The translations under genes were made by a program, and so were the position numbers. DNA of 24,000 nt, taken from the NCBI RefSeq assembly GCF_002985465.2, contig NZ_CP135913.1. One strand, written 5' to 3'. Origin of the DNA: Haemophilus influenzae (GTDB lineage: Bacteria; Pseudomonadota; Gammaproteobacteria; Enterobacterales; Pasteurellaceae). Under the pieces are notes generated by a model. That model was not told the DNA's origin and made no database searches. It worked only from the letters and a program-made list of their open reading frames with translations. Below, one piece after another: positions 16,940 through 24,000 of this stretch; positions within the stretch are counted from its first letter, which is position 1; every line of letters begins with the position of its first letter.

Positions 16940-16971
16940 GTACGACCCATTCCTTGTGATACAAAGTTTAT

Positions 16972-17047
16972 TCCTCCTTAGTTCAGTCGGTAGAACGGTG
17001 GACTGTTAATCCATATGTCGCTGGTTCAAGTCCAGCAGGAGGAGCCA
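16972..17047 (+). tRNA. tRNA-Asn (anticodon GTT)
   Basis: A 76-nt cloverleaf folded by hand: acceptor TCCTCCT/AGGAGGA, D stem GTTC/GAAC, anticodon stem GTGGA/TCCAT with loop CTGTTAA, T stem GCTGG/CCAGC, and an encoded CCA. It is close to the E. coli tRNA-Asn sequence as I recall it. Confidence 0.95.
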
Positions 17048-17116
17048 ATTTTTCTTTTGGTTTAGAGTTTGTTTGTCTCCTTTTACAAATTCTAAATTAG
17101 CAACCAAAAGATTTTG

Positions 17117-17146
17117 AGCCCATCATGTTGATGGGCTTTATTTTTA
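17117..17146 (+). terminator. Intrinsic terminator after tRNA-Asn
   Basis: AGCCCATCA (17117-17125) pairs with TGATGGGCT (17129-17137), followed by TTATTTTTAT. Confidence 0.7.
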
Positions 17147-17166
17147 TCAGAATCATCTCTTTTTTT

Positions 17167-17201
17167 CTATCCACAGAGCCTGTGGATAACTTTGTGGATT
17201 A
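17167..17201. promoter_or_regulatory. Cluster of three DnaA boxes (DARS1-like) upstream of uvrB
   Basis: CTATCCACA (17167-17175, one mismatch to TTATCCACA), TGTGGATAA (17181-17189, perfect reverse complement) and TGTGGATTA (17193-17201, one mismatch). Box 1 is oriented opposite to boxes 2 and 3, with 5-nt and 3-nt gaps. Confidence 0.6.
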
Positions 17202-17418
17202 ACTTTTTAAAATTTTGCGGATCCCTTGTTCTTACAAGGATTGTTCGATCTTGATTACAGATTAGCCTAAAATTAAATTTTAATTGAAAATCAATAAGTT
17301 ATATTTTGTCTAGTAAAAAATTAAAGTTTTTTTTATGAATTTGTGAGATCTTTCTCTTGACATCACTAAGTCTGTGTAAAACTTAGATTTTTACCTGATC
17401 AATTTTCCCCATTAAATA

Positions 17419-17427
17419 TGCTAAAAT
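17419..17427 (+). promoter_or_regulatory. Candidate extended -10 promoter for uvrB
   Basis: TGCTAAAAT (TGn + TAAAAT) lies about 40 nt upstream of the uvrB ATG. There is no convincing -35. Confidence 0.3.
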
Positions 17428-17456
17428 AGCCCCTATTCAAAATTATCAAAAAACCG

Positions 17457-17465
17457 ACCGCACTT
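17457..17465 (-). repeat. USS core (ACCGCACTT on + strand)
   Basis: Exact 9-mer match, immediately before the uvrB ATG. Confidence 0.9.
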
Positions 17466-17466
17466 T

Positions 17467-19506
17467 ATGTCTGAAAAAATCAACACAAAACCATTCATTC
17501 TGCATTCCGACTTTCGTCCTTCTGGCGATCAGCCACAAGCTATCGAAAAATTGGCTGAAAATTTAACAGATGGATTGGCACATCAAACTTTGCTCGGTGT
17601 AACAGGCTCGGGGAAGACGTTTACTATCGCCAATGTAATTGCTCAATTAAATCGCCCCGCAATGTTACTTGCGCCAAATAAAACCCTTGCAGCCCAACTT
17701 TATGCAGAAATGAAAGCCTTTTTTCCAGAAAATGCGGTGGAATATTTTGTGTCTTACTATGATTATTATCAGCCAGAAGCCTATGTGCCTAGTAGTGATA
17801 CCTTCATTGAAAAAGATGCGTCTATTAATGATCAAATCGAACAAATGCGTCTTTCAGCAACGAAATCTTTTCTAGAACGTCGAGATACTATCGTGGTAGC
17901 TTCAGTTTCCGCAATTTATGGTTTGGGTGATCCTGATAGCTATTTACAAATGATGTTGCATTTACAACAAGGTGCCATTATTGATCAACGCCAAATTTTA
18001 GCGAAATTAGCGGAATTGCAATATACCCGCAATGATCAAGCATTTCAGCGTGGAACTTTCCGTGTTCGCGGGGAAATTATTGATATTTTCCCTGCGGAAT
18101 CTGATGATCGTGCGGTGCGTATTGAATTATTTGATGATGAAATTGAACGATTAAGTTTATTTGATCCGCTCACTGGCAGTAGTTTTGGTGCTGTTCCACG
18201 TTTTACGATCTATCCTAAAACGCACTATGTTACACCAAGAGAACGCATTTTAGATGCGATAGAAAACATCAAAAAAGAACTGGTATCACGCCGTGAATAC
18301 TTCATTAAAGAACATAAACTTTTAGAAGAACAACGTATCAGCCAACGTACCCAATTCGATATTGAAATGATGAATGAATTGGGTTATTGCTCGGGTATTG
18401 AAAACTACTCTCGCTATTTATCGGGCAGAAATGAGGGAGAACCACCACCAACATTGTTTGATTATATGCCCCCTGATGCCATTTTAATTATTGATGAATC
18501 TCACGTCACCGTGCCTCAAATTGGCGGGATGTATCGTGGTGACCGTTCACGTAAAGAAACCTTAGTCGAATATGGTTTCCGTTTGCCATCCGCCTTGGAT
18601 AATCGCCCGTTACGCTTTGAGGAATTTGAACGCTTAGCCCCCCAAACTATTTATGTTTCCGCAACTCCAGGGCCTTATGAATTAGAAAAATCAGGCAGTG
18701 AAATCATCGATCAAGTGGTTCGCCCCACTGGTTTGCTTGACCCAATCATTGAAATTCGTCCTGTCTCAATTCAAGTGGATGATTTACTTTCCGAAGCTCG
18801 CCAAAGAGCGGATAAAAATGAGCGCGTTTTAGTGACAACACTGACGAAGAAAATGGCAGAAGATTTAACGGATTATTTGGATGAACACGGAATTCGTGTG
18901 CGTTATCTACATTCTGATATTGATACCGTGGAACGCGTTGAAATTATTCGTGATTTGCGTTTAGGAGAATTCGATGTGTTAGTCGGCATCAACTTGTTAC
19001 GCGAAGGTTTAGATATTCCAGAAGTGTCTCTTGTGGCGATTTTAGATGCGGATAAGGAAGGATTTTTACGCTCCGAACGTTCTTTAATCCAAACCATCGG
19101 CCGTGCTGCGCGAAACTTAAATGGTAAAGCGATTTTATATGCGGATAGCATCACAAAATCAATGGAAAAAGCCATTACAGAAACCAATCGTCGTCGTGAA
19201 AAACAAAGTAAATACAATGAAGAACATGGCATTGTGCCACAAGCATTAAATAAGAAAGTCGGCGAATTGTTAGATATTGGACAAGGTGCAAATCAAAAAG
19301 CGAAAGCCAATAAGCAACGTGGAAAAATGGCGGCGGAACCAACCGCACTTTATAATGCACCGAAAAATGCCAAAGAATATCAACAACAAATCAAAAAATT
19401 GGAACAACAAATGTATAAATTTGCGCAAGATTTGGAATTTGAAAAAGCTGCGGCAATTCGCGATCAATTACATCAATTACGTGAACAGTTTGTTTTTGAT
19501 AACTAA
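17467..19506 (+). CDS. uvrB: Excinuclease ABC subunit B
   Basis: A 679-aa product with [11 protein letters not shown]alker A, DESH, helicase motifs, the beta-hairpin region ([10 protein letters not shown]) and the C-terminal UVR domain ([11 protein letters not shown]). Confidence 0.97.
   Translation: MSEKINTKPFILHSDFRPSGDQPQAIEKLAENLTDGLAHQTLLGVTGSGKTFTIANVIAQLNRPAMLLAPNKTLAAQLYAEMKAFFPENAVEYFVSYYDYYQPEAYVPSSDTFIEKDASINDQIEQMRLSATKSFLERRDTIVVASVSAIYGLGDPDSYLQMMLHLQQGAIIDQRQILAKLAELQYTRNDQAFQRGTFRVRGEIIDIFPAESDDRAVRIELFDDEIERLSLFDPLTGSSFGAVPRFTIYPKTHYVTPRERILDAIENIKKELVSRREYFIKEHKLLEEQRISQRTQFDIEMMNELGYCSGIENYSRYLSGRNEGEPPPTLFDYMPPDAILIIDESHVTVPQIGGMYRGDRSRKETLVEYGFRLPSALDNRPLRFEEFERLAPQTIYVSATPGPYELEKSGSEIIDQVVRPTGLLDPIIEIRPVSIQVDDLLSEARQRADKNERVLVTTLTKKMAEDLTDYLDEHGIRVRYLHSDIDTVERVEIIRDLRLGEFDVLVGINLLREGLDIPEVSLVAILDADKEGFLRSERSLIQTIGRAARNLNGKAILYADSITKSMEKAITETNRRREKQSKYNEEHGIVPQALNKKVGELLDIGQGANQKAKANKQRGKMAAEPTALYNAPKNAKEYQQQIKKLEQQMYKFAQDLEFEKAAAIRDQLHQLREQFVFDN
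19342..19350 (-). repeat. USS core (ACCGCACTT on + strand)
   Basis: Exact 9-mer match. Confidence 0.9.
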
Positions 19507-19510
19507 AAGA

Positions 19511-19532
19511 AACGCCAGTTTAAGCTGGCGTT
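19511..19532. terminator. Bidirectional terminator between convergent uvrB and the sulfatase-family gene
   Basis: AACGCCAG (19511-19518) pairs with CTGGCGTT (19525-19532), inside the 30-nt gap between the two stop codons. Confidence 0.7.
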
Positions 19533-19536
19533 ATGT

Positions 19537-21462
19537 TTATTTATTTTCATCTGAAGAATACAACCGATTCTTATATAAATAGCTGCCTAATAAAGCGTGA
19601 GCCAATGCCTCTTTTTTCATTGCATCAGGCACCTCTTTTGGCGTTAAAGTTTCTGAAGCTTTATCATAATGATAACCTTGCGCTGCTTTATTTGGCATTT
19701 GAATTACTACATCATTATTGCCTTTCATCATTGCTTGAGTTTGATCGTATTGCATAAAGGCACGATCTGGGTTCACATCTTGCGTTAAATCAAAACCAAT
19801 CATTGGATAATTACCACTTACACCTGCTAAAGAAAGTAACGTGGTTGGCATATCAATTTGGCTCACAAGACGGCTGTCACGACGTGGCATAATGCCCTCC
19901 CCGATAATCAAAGCTGGAATATGGAAATGCTTAATTGGAACAAGACTTGCTCCACCTACACGAGAATCGTGATCAGCAACAATTAAGAAAATCGTATCTT
20001 TCCAATAATTAGACTGTTTTGCCATTTTAAAGAAATGACCTAAGGCATAATCCGCATATTTTGCTGCATTATTACGAGTGGCTTTTGGTTGTTCATAAAG
20101 CTCAATCTTGCCATCTGGATATTCAAATGGATCGTGATTGCTAGAGCTAAACACTAAACTAAAAAACGGTTTACCTTCATTTTGTAATTTCGTGAAAGTT
20201 TCATTGGCTTTATCAAATAAATCCTCGTCACTCACGCCCCAAGTGCCAGTAAATTTTGGATTCTGGTAATCTTGTTGATCCCAAATATCTTTAAAACCAT
20301 TACCGTAGAAAAAGCTCGCCATATTGTCGAAGTGCTTTTCTCCGCCATAAATAAAGGAAGTGTTATAACCTTGTTTATGTAATAAATCCGCAATAGTAAA
20401 GAAACCACTTTGAGCATTATTAAGTTTAACAACTGCACGAGCTGGCGTTGGCGTAAAACCTGCGGTTGTTGCTTCAATACCGCGTACTGAACGTGTGCCT
20501 GTTGCATAAAGATTTTCAAATAACCACCCTTCTTTTGCAAGCTGATCCACATTTGGAGAAAGTGGTTTGCCACCGAGCGTTCCAATAAACTGAGCACCGA
20601 GACTCTCTTGTAACAAAATCACGATATTTTTAGGCTTCCCCTGATAAGCCGCGACATTTTTCGTTAAAGTTGGGTATTTATCTGAAATGTAATCGCTGTC
20701 TGGACGGCCACGGCTGGCTTTAACAATACGAAACATTTCATCTGCATCCATTTTTCCGTACATCTCTGAAGATTTTTCTTCATCTTTAAATTGCTGTGCA
20801 GCATAAATCACGGAATAGCCCGAATTAAGCACCAAAGAATTCACTAACGCATCGGAAGAAAATGCCACCATGGCGGGATTAATACCGCGGTGTTGAAAAC
20901 TTGAACGAGCTCCAAGAAAGCTCACTACAATCACAAGCAAAGCAATCACAGGGCGAAGTTTCCAACTGATTGATCGTAAATTTTTGACTGCCCAACCAGA
21001 AATTTTCCAATAAATCACGGCAGCTAAAACTGTGAAAACAAGGCTAAAAATTACCGCACTTAAATGCCCTTCTGCCAGCATTGAAAAAACTTCTTTCGGA
21101 TAAATCAGGTATTCGATAAATAAACGATTTGGGCGGTAATCATAGGTTTCAATAAAAGCAGGTGTGGCAATTTCCATAAAGATAATGAACACGCTACCAA
21201 GGGTTAGCCAAAGGCGTAAAATTTTTACCCAAACTTTGTTGCTATGGAACAATGTTGTGAGCAATGCAGGTACACCAAATAAATAACAGAGAGCAACAAT
21301 ATCCATTCGTACGCCTTGCAAAAATAATTGCAACCAGCCATCTACGGCGGATACACGTTCTAATTGCCACACAGCAAGTCCCAAACGGGATAAGGAAAGG
21401 ATGATGAGATTAATCAACACAAATGTGAAGATCGGGAATAAAGGGGAATGCGCTTTTTTCAT
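19537..21462 (-). CDS. LTA-synthase/sulfatase-family membrane protein (alkaline-phosphatase superfamily transferase)
   Basis: About five N-terminal transmembrane segments, then a sulfatase-type domain with LLQESLG, GTRSVRGIEATTAGF and LIVADHDSR motifs. I prefer the start at ATG 21462 (MKKAHSPLF) over the ORF-track GTG at 21474. The substrate is unknown. Confidence 0.8.
   Translation of the reverse strand: MKKAHSPLFPIFTFVLINLIILSLSRLGLAVWQLERVSAVDGWLQLFLQGVRMDIVALCYLFGVPALLTTLFHSNKVWVKILRLWLTLGSVFIIFMEIATPAFIETYDYRPNRLFIEYLIYPKEVFSMLAEGHLSAVIFSLVFTVLAAVIYWKISGWAVKNLRSISWKLRPVIALLVIVVSFLGARSSFQHRGINPAMVAFSSDALVNSLVLNSGYSVIYAAQQFKDEEKSSEMYGKMDADEMFRIVKASRGRPDSDYISDKYPTLTKNVAAYQGKPKNIVILLQESLGAQFIGTLGGKPLSPNVDQLAKEGWLFENLYATGTRSVRGIEATTAGFTPTPARAVVKLNNAQSGFFTIADLLHKQGYNTSFIYGGEKHFDNMASFFYGNGFKDIWDQQDYQNPKFTGTWGVSDEDLFDKANETFTKLQNEGKPFFSLVFSSSNHDPFEYPDGKIELYEQPKATRNNAAKYADYALGHFFKMAKQSNYWKDTIFLIVADHDSRVGGASLVPIKHFHIPALIIGEGIMPRRDSRLVSQIDMPTTLLSLAGVSGNYPMIGFDLTQDVNPDRAFMQYDQTQAMMKGNNDVVIQMPNKAAQGYHYDKASETLTPKEVPDAMKKEALAHALLGSYLYKNRLYSSDENK
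21053..21061 (-). repeat. USS core (ACCGCACTT on + strand)
   Basis: Exact 9-mer match. Confidence 0.9.
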
Positions 21463-21558
21463 TATGAAAACCACTAAACAACGGCATATAAGCCGTATTA
21501 AATTAAAGAAAGATAGGCTACTGTCTATCAGCTTCTTTTCGACAAGATAAAAACCTTA

Positions 21559-21567
21559 AAGTGCGGT
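21559..21567 (+). repeat. USS core AAGTGCGGT
   Basis: Exact 9-mer match. Confidence 0.9.
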
Positions 21568-21666
21568 CAATTTTCACATAATTTTCGTTAATCTCAAATG
21601 TAAACAATATGCCAAATTCTGTGTAGCATATTTTAGCTAATCACATTCAATAGAATGATAAAAATA

Positions 21667-21690
21667 AAGCCTCGAAAAAAATCGAGGCTT
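21667..21690 (-). terminator. Intrinsic terminator after maeB
   Basis: AAGCCTCGA (21667-21675) pairs with TCGAGGCTT (21682-21690). A T-rich tract follows on the minus strand, about 40 nt after the maeB stop. Confidence 0.7.
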
Positions 21691-21713
21691 CATTAAATAA
21701 ACGACAGAAATTT

Positions 21714-21722
21714 ACCGCACTT
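21714..21722 (-). repeat. USS core (ACCGCACTT on + strand)
   Basis: Exact 9-mer match. Confidence 0.9.
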
Positions 21723-21729
21723 TTTTCAA

Positions 21730-24000
21730 TTACTCTTGTTGTGCTTTCACTGCTGCATAGGCAATCATATTGATAATACGACGAACAGATGCACCTGGAT
21801 TAAGAATATGCGCAGATTTATTCATACCCATTAAGATCGGGCCAACGGTAATTGCGGTGGTTGTTCCACGTAATAAGCTATAACTAATACGTGATGAGCT
21901 CAAATCAGGGAACACTAATAAATTTGCACATCCTTTCAATGGACTATCAGGCATTAATTCTTTTCTGTGTGCTTCGTTCGTCGCTAAATCGCCACGCATT
22001 TCCCCATCGATCATTAAGTGCGGATTACGCTCTTTTACGATTTGTAATACTTCACGCATTTTTGGTGCGCCTAATGAATCAGATGAACCAAAATTAGAGT
22101 GAGAAAGCAAGGCAACCGCAGGTTCAATACCAAAACGATGAATTTCTTCTGCTGCCATTAAGGTAATTTCAGCTAATTCTTCTGCTGTAGGATTACTGTT
22201 TACGTGAGTATCAGTTAAGAATACGTTACCAGTCGGTAATACAAGACTATTTAAAGCAGCAGCAGTTTTCACGCCATCTTTTAAGCCAATAATATCGCGA
22301 ATCGATGCAAGGTGTTTTCCGTATGAACCAAATAAACCACATACTAAAGCATCGCCATAGCCTAAGCTCAGTAACGTAGAAGCTAATACGGTAGTGTTAG
22401 AACGCACAACACGTTTTGCGATTGCAGGTGTAATGCCTTTACGTTTGGTAAGTTCGTAATAGTGTTTCCAACATTCTTCATAGCGAGGATTATCTTCGTT
22501 ATCCACAATTTCAAAATCCACACCTGCAGTTAAACGCAAACCAAGTTTTTTAATTTTTTCTTCAATCACGCTGCGGCGACCAATTAGAATTGGATTTGCC
22601 AAGCCCATTGAAATCACTTCTTGGGTAGCGTGTAATGCTTTATTTTCCTCCCCTTCCGCTAAAATAATGCGTTGTTTCGCCGCTTTTGCTTGGCTAAAAA
22701 TAGGGCGCATAAACAAATTAGTTTTGTAAACAAACTGAGTAAGTTGGTCAATATAAATATCCCAATTTTGAATTGGACGAGTTGCCACGCCAGATTCCAT
22801 TGCAGCTTTTGCTACCGCTGGTGCAATACGCACAATCAATCGTGGATCGAATGGACGAGGAATTACATAATCTGCACCAAATGTTGCCCCTTCGCCGCCG
22901 TAAGCAGAAGTTACCACTTCATTTTGTTCTTCTAATGCAAGGTCAGCAATGGCATAAACTGCCGCACGTTTCATTTCTTCATTAATAGTGGTTGCGCCCA
23001 CATCTAATGCACCACGGAAAATGAATGGGAAACAAAGTACATTATTTACTTGGTTTGGATAATCAGAACGGCCTGTACATACAATCGCATCAGGGCGAAC
23101 CGCTTTCGCTTCTGGCGGGGTAATTTCAGGATTTGGGTTAGCTAAAGCAAGAATAATTGGATGTGCAGCCATACTTTTAACCATATCTTGTGTAAGCGCA
23201 CCCGCCGCAGAACAACCTAAGAAAATATCTGCATTTGGCATCGCATCGCCAAGTGTACGCCAGCCATTATCTTCAATTGCATAATCTTTTTTGGTTTGAT
23301 CCATTTTGTCATCGCGACCTTTATATACCACACCTTTCGAGTCGCAAACTGTGATGTTTTCACGTTTCATACCTAAAGAAAGTAATAAGTTCAAGCACGC
23401 AATAGATGCAGCCCCCGCACCAGATGCCACTAAGCGTACATCTTCAATTTTTTTACCCACAATTCTAAGTGAGTTAATAATCGCTGCCGCACTGATGATC
23501 GCCGTACCATGTTGATCATCGTGGAATACAGGAATGTTCATTCTCTCACGCAATTTTTGTTCAATATAGAAACATTCTGGTGCTTTAATATCTTCAAGGT
23601 TTACCCCACCGAAAGTTGGCTCTAACGAGGCAATAATATCAACAAGTTTATCGGGATCATGTTCATTCACTTCAATATCAAACACGTTGATGCCCGCAAA
23701 TTTTTTGAACAAAACACCCTTTCCTTCCATTACGGGTTTGCCCGCAAGCGCACCAATATTTCCAAGCCCAAGCACCGCTGTACCATTAGAAATAACAGCG
23801 ACCAAATTGCCACGTGCTGTATATTTATAAGAGGCAGCAGGATCTTTTTCAATTTCTAAACAAGGCTCTGCCACACCTGGCGAATAAGCTAAGGCTAAAT
23901 CGCGTTGTGTTGCGAGTGATTTTGTTGGGGTAACTTCAATTTTTCCAGGAATTGGAAATTCGTGGAAATCTAAGGCTGCTTGACGTAATTGTTCGGTCAT
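21730..24000 (-). CDS. maeB: NADP-dependent malic enzyme (malic enzyme domain plus PTA-like C-terminal domain)
   Basis: A 756-aa product. The N-terminus [23 protein letters not shown] closely matches the E. coli MaeB N-terminus as I recall it. The C-terminal half resembles phosphate acetyltransferase. The start codon is the last triplet of the window. Confidence 0.95.
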   Translation of the reverse strand: MTEQLRQAALDFHEFPIPGKIEVTPTKSLATQRDLALAYSPGVAEPCLEIEKDPAASYKYTARGNLVAVISNGTAVLGLGNIGALAGKPVMEGKGVLFKKFAGINVFDIEVNEHDPDKLVDIIASLEPTFGGVNLEDIKAPECFYIEQKLRERMNIPVFHDDQHGTAIISAAAIINSLRIVGKKIEDVRLVASGAGAASIACLNLLLSLGMKRENITVCDSKGVVYKGRDDKMDQTKKDYAIEDNGWRTLGDAMPNADIFLGCSAAGALTQDMVKSMAAHPIILALANPNPEITPPEAKAVRPDAIVCTGRSDYPNQVNNVLCFPFIFRGALDVGATTINEEMKRAAVYAIADLALEEQNEVVTSAYGGEGATFGADYVIPRPFDPRLIVRIAPAVAKAAMESGVATRPIQNWDIYIDQLTQFVYKTNLFMRPIFSQAKAAKQRIILAEGEENKALHATQEVISMGLANPILIGRRSVIEEKIKKLGLRLTAGVDFEIVDNEDNPRYEECWKHYYELTKRKGITPAIAKRVVRSNTTVLASTLLSLGYGDALVCGLFGSYGKHLASIRDIIGLKDGVKTAAALNSLVLPTGNVFLTDTHVNSNPTAEELAEITLMAAEEIHRFGIEPAVALLSHSNFGSSDSLGAPKMREVLQIVKERNPHLMIDGEMRGDLATNEAHRKELMPDSPLKGCANLLVFPDLSSSRISYSLLRGTTTAITVGPILMGMNKSAHILNPGASVRRIINMIAYAAVKAQQE

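Noticed and set aside
17124..17201. A 25-codon ORF (MLMGFIFIRIISFFLSTEPVDNFVD) downstream of tRNA-Asn.
   Set aside because: It starts inside the tRNA terminator hairpin, runs through the DnaA boxes and has no ribosome-binding site.
17167..17400. DnaA boxes plus GATC sites as a chromosomal replication origin.
   Set aside because: There are only three boxes, no AT-rich 13-mer-type unwinding repeats and no flanking origin-associated genes. The position directly upstream of uvrB fits a DARS1/uvrB-P3-type site better.
18903..19757. Track ORFs overlapping the uvrB 3' end and the sulfatase-family gene (18903-19232, 19175-19360, 19270-19467, 19277-19582, 19533-19757, 20232-20597), and those inside maeB (21891-23859).
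   Set aside because: These are shadow ORFs within well-supported conserved genes.

Overview
This is a Haemophilus influenzae-group chromosomal segment. The evidence is 20 perfect copies of the 9-nt uptake signal sequence AAGTGCGGT, AT-rich DNA, and, from my memory of the genome map, gene order matching the Rd KW20 HI1259-HI1245 interval. The conserved backbone is htrA (5'-truncated), mfd, a 57-aa ORF missing from the ORF track, tmcA, a SirB2-like membrane protein, ettA, higBA, zevAB-like metal uptake genes, tRNA-Asn, uvrB, an LTA-synthase/sulfatase-family membrane protein and maeB. Between zevB and tRNA-Asn (about 11.85-16.97 kb) lies an accessory block. It contains a 909-aa trimeric autotransporter adhesin with two in-frame tandem repeats and an (AT)30 tract 105 nt upstream of its start codon. 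62 bp beyond that tract sits an IS605-organised IS200/IS605 element. Its tnpB looks catalytically intact, but its tnpA carries a poly-A frameshift and an in-frame TAA. Other points worth a second look: a roughly 116-bp, about 64% G+C, hairpin-rich, MITE-like segment translated in frame inside tmcA; a CTGT-N8-ACAG LexA-type box upstream of mfd; a DARS1-like trio of DnaA boxes upstream of uvrB; and an orphan intrinsic terminator upstream of higBA. I saw no rRNA genes, CRISPR array, integrase or recognisable multi-gene defence system. All functional calls come from reading the sequence and from memory of protein families; no database search was run.
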